This document shows, in pieces, positions 13,101-26,845 of a stretch of DNA of 64,000 nt (within the stretch, counting starts at the first letter, position 1; every line of letters starts with the position of its first letter). The translations under genes were made by a program, and so were the position numbers. The stretch is from Catajapyx aquilonaris. Taxonomy: Eukaryota. The notes below the pieces were generated by a model, which saw only the letters and a program-made list of their open reading frames with translations, was not told the DNA's origin and made no database searches. Location of the stretch: assembly GCA_000934665.2 (NCBI GenBank), contig KZ538519.1, forward strand, positions 1-64,000. The letters are read 5' to 3'.

Positions 13101-16100
13101 GGCTGCACCCTCAGGACTTAAAATTTGTGCAACTTCCAGACTGCAAGTGTACGCACTTATTTTATGTATTTCCCCAAAGGGTAAGTGTAAATAGTTTAAA
13201 TGACACTGGGTTGTAAAATATCCCGGCAGGTACTCACTGTACACGCCCACATTTTCACATTTTATCTTGGGGAAAGGACGAGAGAAGGGCTGGCAACAAT
13301 ATGAATTAACCAACCCTCCGGGCCCGATTCCTGAAAAAGCATGAAGGCAGGCAGCAATGTGAATTAACAAACGGCCCTGGGCCAAAATAATCTGACCACT
13401 CCTCACATTCACGTGGCCCTGATAATCGATATATCGATCTCAAGTATTTCCAACTTCCACCCCTACAACGAACCCCCCCCCCCCCCTTAAGNAAAATTTT
13501 GTTAGTCAAAATAGTTTCCAGGCGCGGGTTGCAGCCTTCCGCATTTCCCAGACATTCATCTTCCACTCTTCGCCGAGTGAAACCAACACCTTGCTTGAAG
13601 ATAAGAGCGTTTACTTCAGATTACAATAGGGGAAGGGAGGTGGTTTAAGTGAGGAAGGGAAATTACGTACTCAGTTGTAGGAGCCAGGGAGCCAACGCAT
13701 GAGTCGCTTCACACAGGTCGCAACCAAGCGTAGGTACCTCCTTCTCCATTATCAGATGTCCGACACTATACCACGGAGCATATACCTATTCTATACCAAC
13801 CCTCTCCTATCTGCTGCTGCCTTGAAATTTATTGCCACGATGAAACGACGGGCCTTATTAAACTCGGCTGCCTTCAATAAACGCAGCCCTGATCTTAACG
13901 CTTTGGTGCCTTCAATGCACAGGGTTCTCAATTAATTTCGATAAAAGCAGGCCAGGTACACGACAAAATTTCTTATTCTTTTTAAATTATCACGTTAAGA
14001 GTCGTTCTGCGTGTACCCACTTGACGTCATAAGCAGCAGACATAATCAACACGATTTGCTACAATGTACTGTTGCCGAGCTCACTTCCGCGTGCATTGAT
14101 ATTCTGGATATGACTCGATGGTGAGATATTAAGTTAACTCAGGGTCGTATGCTAAACTACGACAAATTCCGCGCAATGTTTGTGACCAGCACGCGGTAAA
14201 CATATACCCACATAATATATCCGACCTTTATGCGACCATTCGCAACTGGCGTCACTTTTTCCCATTCGCCCCCTCTGATGCGGCGCCACATTCATAACTA
14301 TCCTGGACAAAAATGCTTATGTTGCAATAACAATAGAGTGGGCAGGGGGGTGGGGGAGCTATACGGCGACGATCGCATTTTTACAGCCGCCGACTATTTT
14401 TAACGTCCATATCATTAAACGGTCCTTATCTCCTTCGGATTCCACAGTTTGCAGGGTCATTAGTGTCCTATCGGGAGCATTTCACGGGCATCAAAATGGA
14501 AGCAAATAGCAGTAATATTATCATTAAGAGAATATCAACATGGGGCCCCTGGATGACGGCACTAAATCCTGGATACAGTTTTAGGGAAGGGCTGGGGAGG
14601 GGAGGGGGGGTTGGGTCCATCCCCAAAAGATTGGGTTGCAACTGGCCCACAAATCTCTCCCCCACCAAACACCCGGGTCCCCAGATGAAAAATTGCCAAT
14701 AGAGGCTCGCACAAACTTTTGCTACATGCGAAATGGTTTGCTGCATTCTGGAAAAACCAGCAGTTTTTGGCCCAAAAGGTCTAATTTCCACTGGACCAAA
14801 AATATGTTTGTCAGTAGCGAATCTATAGAGCTGTGCACTACCCCAGGAATGGGTGGGGACGAAGATTATACATGAACTAGTAGCGGACTCGTTGCCAAAT
14901 TTTAGCAACACCCCCCCCCCCTCCCTCCCCCACTTGGATGTAGCACGATAAGCCCCTACTATAGTTGACGCATAGGCTGTCCTTCTGCACACTACTGCCA
15001 CTCTCAGGGAGACGTGCACGTTGGTGATGAGTCACTGCAAGCGTTTTCGGTGACATAATTTGTTCAATTTTTTTTACACGTACAGTGCAGTGTAATGCAT
15101 CCTGCAGCCTCAGTCTGTTTAATAAAAAAGCAGGCAAACCCAATGCGAAAGGGGTGAGGCGAACCTAATGATGAATAGTGCAGGTACCCTCTTCCACCAG
15201 AGCTGGCGAAAACCGCTCGCAAATATGAAATGAGACTGTCCAATCCCATAAGTCAGAAGGGGCCCCATGATTTCACGCTTTGGCCGCCCGTGAAACCTTG
15301 TTTGCAACCCATTCTCGGGGCCGGGCGTTCGTCTTCTCCTTCCCTGTCACTACCTTTAATGTACGGGACACATTAATTAGGAGCCAGCAGCTGTTAACGC
15401 CGCCATGTTGAGAAAGAGATCCCCCTACCCCCCCACCGTACAGCAACCAGACCTTTTCCATTTTGCATTGCACGTCGACAAGAGCTGGTCTCCTATTGGC
15501 TCCGGAAGCCCGTGACGACATAACGGGCCTCCAATGGCAAAACTTTTCCATTTGGGGTTGCTACTCCTAACCGGATTATTCATCTCGGCATGCTAATATT
15601 TTCTGATTACCAGGAACTTCACCGTTTTAATTAAAACAGTAAAAACACATTGTGAACACTAGGAGGCTAATAGGGACCATAAATAGGCAGCCTCAGAGAC
15701 GTGAAAAGGCCATTAACATGTGCATTGCTGAAAATGCGCCGAAATTGGAGTTGGCGAGACAGAATTAAGGGGTGGGGAGGAGGGTAAGGGAGGTGGGCAG
15801 GGAGAATCTGCGAACAGACTCCTTCCATTATAAAATGCGGGGACCACTTTGGCCCGCGGCCTACACAAAAGGACGGACCGCTTTTCATAGTGGACCTGGC
15901 AAGATTATGACTGGTCAGAAGCAACCTCAAAGATTAGGGGCATGGGGGTCAGCTGGCCATCAAGATCCAGCTTCCTTCCTATATACGCGGTCGGGGGGGC
16001 CCCATACCGTTTAGCGTGCCTTATTACGCCGGCTTTTAGCCTACATGCAGGCCAGGTAATTGAACCTAAAGGCTCGCTAAACGCTGGATCCGACGTGTAC

Positions 16101-19100
16101 AATACGCTCTTATCAACATTAAAAAAAAAAATAGTACAAGACAGTGATGGATTTGTTTCTCCAATGACTGTACACATCGGGATCTACCAGTGGAAATGCG
16201 CATGCGCGAGTGAGCAATCGCCAGTCACGTTTTACCCTGGACGGATGGTAATGCATGGAACAATATCATAGGCTGATTTTTAAAAATTCGCACATTAATC
16301 AAAGCTCTATAGTCCGGCATTGTAACACTATAGAAAATATTTAAAAGCACGTTCACCCCGAACAACTGTCTATTAATAATGATGGAAATACTGCATATTT
16401 TATCCATCTGAATACATTCTCTCATTCATGCGCCTGAATTGATTGCCACTGATATTTCGAGATCTTTTTTTTGGCGTACAGTTTCTACACGCTCTCATGG
16501 CATACAATGTACAGTACAATGCAGTGAAATAAATCCGGCTGCTCTCCAGACGTCCATGTTTATGCAACATCTTCTGTGAAACTTTTTTCTCTCTCTATAT
16601 AAGCTCAATGTATTGGGCCATATACACCAGACATCGCACCCCAGTCATACTATTGTTATGCAAAGACCGTACAAGTGAATGTACAGCAGTGTAAGGCTCT
16701 CTCTGTGCACAGGAAAGCTTCACGTGTACTGCTGCGTCTCGTTACGCCGGGGTATATTACCTCGGCACAAATTGTCGTGACAGTGCACTGTTTTCGCTGA
16801 TTCACAGCGCAGCCCTATATAAGTGCAAGATTCTTGACACACCCTCGAGTATATGCACACGACAACGTGACAAAAAAAATCGGACCTAGTTTACAACACG
16901 AATTGGAACACCTCTCTCCCAAAAATGGTGAAAATTACACTGTTGGAATGGGAGGAGTCGTGGTGTTTCATAACGATTCAGACACACTTTTTAAGGCCAA
17001 CTCCTGAGCACCATCGGATACAGCCTATGACACTTCAATCATTGCCTTTGCACCTAATGAGCAGTATTAAAATAGCATGGTTCACGCTAGATTTAAAATA
17101 AAAATGGCAAGGACACACACCTGTCAGAATAAATATTTACATCTTGCATTGTTTCGGCTCCAGAGGACAAAAATGATAGAGTGATGCTCATAATTTCACC
17201 CAAAGTTTGTCTGAATCATTACGAACCACCCCATATAATGGATACAGCTCACGTGGGTCTGACCCCCACGGTTCCAATGAGCACTTTTTACGACGCACAC
17301 GTGGATCCGAAGTCAGCACGTAAAGGTTAGCACGGATGGTGCGCCCCAGTTCAGCAGTTTTTAAATGCTATCCCCCCCCCCCTTCTCCCCAGGCACCACC
17401 ATGCTTGAAGGCAGAATAAAAAGTAACCTCAGAGAAACTCAAGGATTCAACTGATCAAAAACAGTGATGCATAATATATAGTTTGGTATAATTTCCAGCT
17501 GCTGCGTGCGCCGCCCTTGTCAATAAGATCCTGTATTGAGCCTCGTTTTTTTTTTTCCTTTTCGTTGTTGTTATCCTGCGGTGGGGCGGCGCGTATATAT
17601 AAAACCCTGGAGGAACATTTGGTACGTCAAATATAATCCGCAGGTTTAGCAGGAATATTGGATATCCCCGGGTCTCCCATCGCAACTGGCAGCAACAATG
17701 CATGATTCATTATAGAGAGCCGGGGAAAAACAATGGGATGGGAAGAGGGAGGGAGAGCCCAAGGCCCTCTGGAGAGATGTGTCCCCTTGGAAAGAGAGGA
17801 AAAGAGGGCTTGTGCGGCCATAGAAGAGAGTGGAGGAGAGGGGGGGTTCCATTTTGTGCCCGAATTATGAGAGCAGACCGCGCTTTTGGTCTCGCAGCCG
17901 TTGATGAGGAAGTGGAAAAATCAAGTTTCCTCTCAAAGCTAATTGACAAATGGTCCCATTCTCATTACAAGGGAAATGTGAAGTGAAACTTCATTTTCAT
18001 ATGAATTAGTTCCTTAGGACTTCAAAGGAAAGACGCTTGATGCAATTAGTCGGGTTGGGGGCCATGAGGAGGTGCAGGCCTTTACCGAGCACTAAGACTA
18101 ACAGAGGGATGTTAATTGGCGTATCCTGACAGGTGGGGCTGGGTCCCGCCAGAAGAACAGGAAGATTCTAATTCATTTAACCCAATACTGAATCAATTGC
18201 CCGGAAGAGAAAAGAGGTTCAGTCCGTGCTCTGGTTCCGCTCCAAACCCCTTTTCTGCCCTGGCGACGACGAGCATCAGCTTGCTGTGTGCCCCATGCCT
18301 GCCTACCCAGCTTTGCTCCTCTATTATTCAACCCCATGCATTCAGCCAGACTCTGCCTCGCAAAATCTGAATCGTTTTCCCGTCTGATTAGGGTTTTGAG
18401 TTCCCCCCAAAAAATTGCCTAGAGAAGCGGCAAGGGCTGCCAGGTTATAGCCCGACAGAAGGTGATAAAAATTTCGCTGAATCGGGTATTCCCAGTAGCG
18501 TTGTCTTCCGCATGCAACCAAACGTATGCAAGACCACCCCTATAGTATAAAGAGAGGCCTTAATTTATTTTTTTTGTACCGCGATTGTCTGGGTACAACA
18601 GTCGCCAGCTGTGTTCCCCCAAGACGGATGACAATGGCAAGTCACGGCAGCAATTGAGCATGACCGAACCCTTCTCCGCATCATGTCTGACAACGCACCT
18701 GCTGTCCTCGCGACCTACCCGACTTTGGGGACATGCCCGTACTATTAGCGGCCAGCAGCTCAAACCCTTGAGTGCCCAGGACACGACGGAAGATTCGACC
18801 GCAGCCACCTCCCCCAAGATGGCGATCGCCCCCAGATGTCCCAACCTTTTCTCGGGGAAAACGTCCATCTGTCGGGGCACAGGGTTCCTCAAAGAGCAGA
18901 TATCCACCTGGAGATACCCCTGCGTGAAAGCGAGGGTTTCCGGTGCACCTGTCCTTCCTAAGGCAACCACTGCTGCTGCAGGCGGCACGGGTAATGCACA
19001 TGGCTGCCTTCTCAGTGCCCCGCCATCTTTGTGCCCAACCGACAAAAAATATATAAAAAATGCTAAGGGATGGCTAGACAGCCAGGGTAATTCAGGTGGC

Positions 19101-22100
19101 CAGTGGCCAGCAGCCAGGTTCTGAGGAAAATTAGTTTCTGGAAGCGGGGGAGAAGCCCTGAATTGCCAAGAGCACTGGGTCGGAGATGCGCTTTTCAGGT
19201 CAAGCTTTTGTCAGAATACCAATCCTCTGTCAGGGGTCAGGTCGGACAAGGCCACACCAGCTAATAAATCCGAAGGAGATTCACAAAACAGGCATGTGAA
19301 CACCCATGGCACAAATCGCTGAGAACATGCAACCGAAGTGGCTCCATTGTTCGGCCGGGTAGTATATTCCTCAGGGGCTATAAATTTCTCGGTCGGTGGC
19401 AGTGATGTTCGGCATTCACCCCCGGTTTAATTACACAATTTCCACGCGTATGTCTCCCGTTATAAAACGACTAGTGCCTTTCCCGATACGGTTAATTATT
19501 TTCCCCAAGTCGAGCCAATTTCATCTTCGCTCGCCCCTTGGCACGACAAATAAGGGCTTGATAGGGAAATTTTCCCAGGGAACATGAAATGGCATTAACT
19601 CTTGCATGAGTTGGCCTTGAGACTTGACCAGCAGGCTTCTTCTGCATGGTTGGCGACTCTCGCAGGGGGCTTCGGGGCACTCTGCTGGGGCACAAAATAG
19701 AGTAGATGACGCCCAAGACGCTGTTGGGTTGAGGGAACGAGGGGGTTGGTGTGAGAGCTCCAGGGGGAATATTGCTGCCAACCGCAATAACTAATCTCAC
19801 CTTTATTGATTTCCTCTTACTGCAGAAATTGCTAAAAGCGCCATGTTTTCACGCCGAGCTGCTCGCATTAGAGCTTGCTCGGAAGCCTTACCTCGCGCAC
19901 TCTGATTGGCCAAGGTTAATTGAGGAAGTGACGCGAACCGTGATGCTAAAAGTTGCCGCCTAAGCCCTCCCGAAAGCGTCAACTTTTCATTCTTTTTTTA
20001 ACTTTTATTATAATTAACATTTCTTGTACGGACTATAGGTGACGATGATTGCTTATATACAACAATTGTCTTCACGAAGAGCATGCGCTAATTTGACCAT
20101 ACACATCTTATCGAATGCGATGAATTATTCATGCCGCCCAAAAAAAACGGCCGTTTTTGTGCAACTGCAATCAAGCAATTAGGTTATCTACTACACGCTG
20201 GATAAACGCCGCATGAAAGTAGCCCCTCCCAAAAAATTCACGGGCTGATACCACCTCTTTTTGTTTAAATTCCTGAAACGTTGTAGCAGCTTTTAACAAC
20301 GTCCGGTTTCTTCAAACTTGCGCATCAAAAAGGTTACTGATATATATAGTAGCGTGTATCAGCGGCTGAAATCACCCAGCACTTCCAACATGAGGTGCTG
20401 CAAGTACTCTCTGCACATTATCCCACGCGTCCAATCCCAATTATTGGACACGAGCTGCCGATTCCATCCCCCTGCTGTATATGCGTCACCTCCATGTGTC
20501 ATGTGGGGAGGGAAGCTTCCAATGTGTTCATCTAATCCTAATGGACCCCCCTGGCTGCTGGGCTGGGCAGTGAAGCTCCGAGAGGATGAGGAAGGAGTAT
20601 ATATAGGAGGCCGAACCCTGTGCAAACTATTGCCCCAACGGATATTGGGTGTATTATGGCGAAACTGACACCCATTCTCGCTTTCCTGGGCGCTAGATTT
20701 CAGGAAATAGTAGCCCCTCACTCACCCCCTACTCGAACTGATTGTGTTACTATATCACTGTGATTGAGAGTGACGCCATGCATGCTCTTATGATGTTTAG
20801 GTACCAAAAAGGATCGCATTTGGCTCCCGGACAGGCGTCACTATATGAGGGACGTGCATGGCTGGCAGCATCCACGCTACATGTGGCGTCCACTTAATCT
20901 CTGCGATGACGCCATGAGCGACGCCTCGGCATCAAAGTAATGGGACTAATTTAAGAATTAGTCGATACGCCAAATGAAGCCCCTCTCTTCCCCCGCCTTG
21001 GGTACAAAAGGCTTGTGCTTTTCCCCTCCCAACTCCCTCTAGTGCTATAGTGTATATAGCAGCAGCATCTCTTGGGGCAACAGCTGCGGCCAAGTGCCGT
21101 TCGGACCATTCGTCCATTCGGTCCCGTCCAGGAGATTCAATTAAAATCTCTATTCTAATGAAGGGACGCCAAGTTAGTTAAGCGGATGGAATAATGATAA
21201 TGATCACCGGCACATCCGAGCAGAGCCCTGGCCTTTTAAGCAACGGCGCCGTTGTCACCTCCCCAGCTAATTACCAATCAGTCGAGGTACACGTCTCCCT
21301 CAAAATACTTGGGGGCTAGTTATCTCTGCTAATTACATCCCCAAATGCTACGTCTTGCTAGGGAAAAGGTCGAGCCAGCAACATGTATATCTCTCCCCGC
21401 GGCCTGTCCTCTCTCGCCTCGCCTGGTCGCCTATGATTGGCTCAACCCCCTCAAGGCCACGGAAACAGGTGGAGCCACGCAGGTGACGTCAATCATTACC
21501 ATTGGTTCGGACACGATTTGTGCTAATTACCCGCACAGGTCGCGAAGAAATGACGATTTGTCAGATTTGTGCCCGTTGTACTACGCAAATGATGCTAAAA
21601 TATCCACTCATACGATCAGCTTGGGTACAGTGGTGGAAATTAAATGGATATCAACATGTATCGCCGCCTGGCGTGGTGGTGGGGGCTTGCGTTTCTCCCG
21701 CGACCCCAAGAGCTATGCCGGCGGTAGCTTCGTCTATTGGCAAGTCGGACAGGTCTTTGGTATAGGAGACAGATTACAGATTGTCTTTCCTCGGTTCTCT
21801 TTTATTACTTTTCATTTCTGTCTCCGTCTGTCTCACCTTTGTGTCTACTAATAGCCAGATAGCCATAGTTGCTTTGGATCCTTCCTATAATCAACCTAAA
21901 ACCTTGCGGAGATTTTCCTCTACAATGCCTACATGAAGCGGCATCATGTACAAAGGAAAAGCTCCGCCAGGCGGTGATACATGTGGATATCCATTAATTT
22001 CCACCATTGTATATATGCAAATTAAGGTAAATATCCGGGCATCGAATTAATTGGCGCACCTGGACCACTTACACGGCCACAATCGTGCCTAGAACATTCC

Positions 22101-25100
22101 GGTACGGCCCAACTCGTCCTCATTGTCTTTCAGCGGCGGGAATGTCACGTCTGACACCCACCGAATGGTGAATCGCGGTTAGTGACGTCACTATAAAGAT
22201 CCGGGGGGGATCCGGGCTATAGAGGGGAGAGAAAAGTACTGTGGGCGTGTTTTCAGCTAGGCAAATATAGAGACCAGGGGGGGAGACCGAAGAGAGGGAA
22301 GGTTTCCTAATATTTTCCATCCGTTTCTTAATCCGGACCAGAGCAGCGTGGATGTGTGTAGATGATTATGCGACGTCAGATCCACGGCTCTGGGAGTGCG
22401 GGTTGTGCTGTATTGATTATGAGATTTGGGGCGTGTTTGCCGTTGTAATTCCTGCAATAATGAGGGAGGGTGGGAGAAGGATGGGAGAAGGATGGATAGA
22501 AAGAGGAGGGTGCAGTGTGGAAGGGGGGGGGGGGTAAAAGAGGATCTCATTGCCAGAGCTGGCCACAGATCGCTTCCGGCGTCTCTGCTCTTCTCTTCCT
22601 TCGCACTTTGCAGCCGGCGTGCGGCTCTAATTAGGCCTCGCCATGTGCCACATCGCCAGCAAAATAGTGCCGCCCAAATTATCCCGCTGGGATGCCTATT
22701 GTCTCGCAAGCACAAACCGGCGGGCTTCTCCCTTACTTTTTTTTGCCAGCCTAAATGGCCACTTTTTTGGAGGAGGCAGAGAGAGAGAAAAAAAAAGTGG
22801 GGGAACTTCCTCCCAGCTTGCTAAATGTCGGATTTTTGCTTCGCGAAATCTGACCGCAAAAAAATAATTCGTGTAGGTTCGCGTGACTCGGGGCCTTGCC
22901 TTGTGTTACATCGGCATACGGGGTGTAACCCGTCCCTCCGCCAGGTGCTTATTAATTGTGCAAGCAGACATTGCTAGATACCCTGGTGTTGTGCTAAATA
23001 TGCATGCAATCAGTGTAATGCGCCACAGATGGGGGGCGTAATAGATTTAAACCACCGTAGACTTATAGCCTGCCTCACTTACTATCCGAGTAAGGCACGT
23101 GTTAATCTCCCCAGTAAATGAGGGCGACACACTTAACTGATATGCACACTATGCGGACTAATGCAGAGTAGGAGAATGCTTTCAAACTGATTTAAAACAC
23201 TAACACTAGATTGATGTTACTGCAGCTCGGGGCGTATCAGTTAATGCCTCGACAATGCTACACTATATTGAAACATACTGTTTACTGAAGTCATCCTGTG
23301 GTTGAAATTTTCTGAAGCCTCCACATCCCATGCACGGCTTCCATCGGCTTGAGTCATCTTCAATCGAATTTTTCATAAAATATATCTTACTGCATAGCAA
23401 TTTGGGATGTGGTTTTGTCAAGGAGAGAAACACATGTCCCCAGAGCACACAATAGGTGCAGATAGATAGGGTCTTGTCACATAAGAGTCTACACAGCATT
23501 GGAGCCATGTCATCATCATAAGGGGGGAAAACCTGGCAACGTCCGCAATTGACAGACATGCGGGCTGCCCAGAAGAGGCGCGTGGTTCACATACCTCGCA
23601 GGATGAACATGGTATCACAGGAGAAAAGGCTGGATTTTTGATGGCTGGTCCGTCGACATTCGAAACCAGCAGCGTCCTGTTCCAGCAGACACACCGGGCA
23701 TAATCACATTTACAGGCAGATCGTTTTTCATTCCGGTTGCGATATACAGCAGCCTTCGATGCCCTCTTGTTTGGAATCGGCTCGGTAACAATGCAGAAAT
23801 GTGCTGGCTGCTCCGGATAAGTGGGGGAGAGGTGGGAGGGGGGCTATCATGTTGCTCCATTCCAACTGACATTGCCAAGAACGGGTATGGCATGCATGGC
23901 TTTTCGTCCGTTATTGTGTAATGAGTTAATGGCATGTAATTCGACCGTGAGAGGGTGCCCCAGTTAAATGAATATCCGGATACCCTTACAACCGAACACC
24001 CGGATTAGCCAATCTCCGGGCACCCGGATATCAGGGTGTCATTACTCGTGTAGTCCGATTAATTCTCGGGGAAATTCAAATGCCCTCAGCGCCAGGTAAG
24101 GTTTCGCGTTGCAGCAACGGCCGATTCATCAAATCCCATCCAGCGCAACAAGCTATAATTTCAACTAAGTACGGACACACCGGTATATTATTCATGCCCT
24201 ATCCGCAGATTGGACTGAAGATTTTCTCACATTATACGCATGTATTTCAGGTCAACTCTTGTGTCAAAATGCACACTTGAGGACTGCTGCGACAAAAAGC
24301 ATCCCGATACCTGTCAATTATATAGGTTGTGGCTGATTCCTGGCTCCAAATCCTCCCAGTGAGACTATTATTTCCGGATCCATCTCTGTCCGCAGAGTTT
24401 CAGCGACCAACGGCATTGCTGTACGACCGTATCCTCTCAGATATCCGGGAATGGTATATAGGGGGTGGAGAGAGAGAGATGTGGAGTAGACGAGGAAAAG
24501 CGCTTCCCTCCCACTGCCCAACATTTGTCATTTAAGGAATGTACATATAACTTTTTGAAGGCATGCCAGCGTTCAGAATTACATTTCTGAATCCATTCCG
24601 TGATGCCGCTACAACCCCGCACTGGAATGGACACAATTTAGCATGCTCTTTGCAGTAAATTCTTCTCCAAATTCCGGGCCGGAGGAAACACTCCTGTTTC
24701 GGGGAGTAGGGGGGTAAAAGCCTCAGCCTCGGAGATTAAATGAAGGCATTTGTTCCATTGGGCCGGGCCTTCTCGTCTCAGAAAACACCCAGCATTTAAT
24801 ATGTATGGGACGCCTTGTAAATAATGGAGGTTAATTTGACGTTCTTGTTTTAGCCTCAACTCTTAACTGCATGCCTCCCCGTCAGCTAATTTCCTGGAAC
24901 AAGCTGCACGGGGAGGGAGGCTGTTCCCTCCTTCCCTTTTCCTCCCCCACCTCCTTTTTCCCCTCCACCCCCTACTGCATAAAGGAGCCTTTCTTGGGTG
25001 CTGCCAAAACCATGGAAGAAAACTGAATATTGCACGCTGGTGCAGCCCGCATTGATGCACACAAGACCTGTGCACGGTGCTGCTGGAGAAAGATTGATCG

Positions 25101-26813
25101 AGCAAACTTTCTTGCTGGAAACACCGCGCCTAGAGAGAGAGAGACACACACAGAAACATGCCAATGAAAACTGCAGAAGGCGAAATTAAGCAATTAAGAC
25201 ATATGAATTTAGAAAGAAAACTGGCAATGCAGGCAATAGACCTGCTAAAATATCTCACATAGTACGTGGATCCAGCCACAGTTTCAGAAGCAATACATAA
25301 TTACATTATTCCAAATGTGAGCCTGCTGGTAATCATACTTAAAAGTGCGAATAATTAATTCCAGAATGGGCCAGAATGGAATTTGTATAATCCAAGCGTT
25401 TAGCCAGAATTCAAGAAATAGTTGCCCCCTTTCATTATTATCATCAGTCTAATATTATTTCGGATTAGTATCCTGCCAATGCCACTGTACCATCCAGAGT
25501 TGCAACTTCTACATCACTATTTTGGAATGCAAAACTGTATGGTCTGTATAGCACAGGTCGGTGGCACTGGCAGAATGCAATCGAAAAAAGAGCCCGTCCT
25601 CTGTAATATTTGGCTGATACTGTATATAGGATATTCCCAGAATGTGCGATCTGAACGGACCATGGAATTTTCAAGATAACTTTGATCTATTCAAGATTTT
25701 GGCTCGAATTCAAGGAATGTTCGTACTTCCTCGACTATACAGGCCGTGAAGTTCAAATTACAATGTCCACAATTTCCTCTTAAACTACTTTTGACCCGTG
25801 TAAACGCAGCGGCATCGGGAGACAAAAGGAGCCACCTTTTTTTTTTGTCAATACCCGGTATATGCCCGCACGCAATAATTGAACTCTTGAGATGCCCATT
25901 TATTACCAAGCTTGTCTTCCGTCAGCAGGGAGTTGCCTACGGGTCATTTTGCAAACACGCTTTCACCCACTTGAACGGAAAAGGTGCCATATGGCGGCAG
26001 GCCAGACACCAGCAAAAAAAATTTTTTTTCGCAAAAAATAATTGAGTGTAGGTCCACAACATGCTGCTTCCAAGAAGAGAAGCCGAAACAAAGGAGCTTG
26101 GTTGCTACACTTGCTCGTTTTGATTCCTGGAAATCGTACGGATAAGTGCATGTGAGATGCACGTTATCCCTCATTCCTTTTGTTCCGGCCGCGCTTCTGT
26201 ATTTATCAGACGGGAATCTCGCACATCGTTTGATCTTCCTTCCTTTTTTTTTTTGCACAAAAAAAATCCAACAAGAAGCGGAGGCGGGATTAATCCAGAC
26301 CACAATGGCACTTGTGGAAAACGTGCATTGTTTACTCGAAGCGGAGGAAACTGCCGGGGTGCCATTTAAAATGTGATGGTCAACGAACACGCCCATGGAA
26401 AAATATAAGTGTGTCATCTCTTTGCGTCAGAAAGATAAATTGATTATTATCAAATATTTTTGTTGCTAACTCGTATTTTATATCTGGGGTACGGCCAGGA
26501 GATGTGAAAATAATTTGGACTTTGGGCTATCCAGTGGGGTGTGTAAAAGGAGTGAACAGTGTGCAGGCCGAAATATATATATGGGGAAGGGAAGATGGGG
26601 GCTTTCGCTTCCACCTGGATGGTTTTCCTTCGGCCCCCAGACGACCGGACACCACACAAACGAACTCGTCTGGCATGATTCGATTTGCATACGCCCAGTC
26701 TGCCCAAGTAGAAGCCTCTCTTCCCTTCCCTGAATGCTGATTTCGATGCTACACTTACCGTCTTTCACCACACACCATCCACTTCCATACAAAAAAAACG
26801 GACCAGGAGAGGG

Positions 26814-26845
26814 ACTTACCTGGAAAGAGAGAGAAAAAAAGAGTT
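26814..26845 (-). other. Candidate recursive splice site (ratchet point) 1
   Basis: Minus strand ...aaactctttttttctctctctttccag|GTAAGT: long polypyrimidine tract and CAG (AG at 26821-26820) immediately followed by a perfect donor (GT at 26819-26818). Confidence 0.7.

Noticed and set aside
18560..19124. Overlapping 161-179 aa ORFs on both strands
   Set aside because: No recognisable domain, no similarity to ZSWIM exon 2, and no convincing splice sites; explained by local GC richness.
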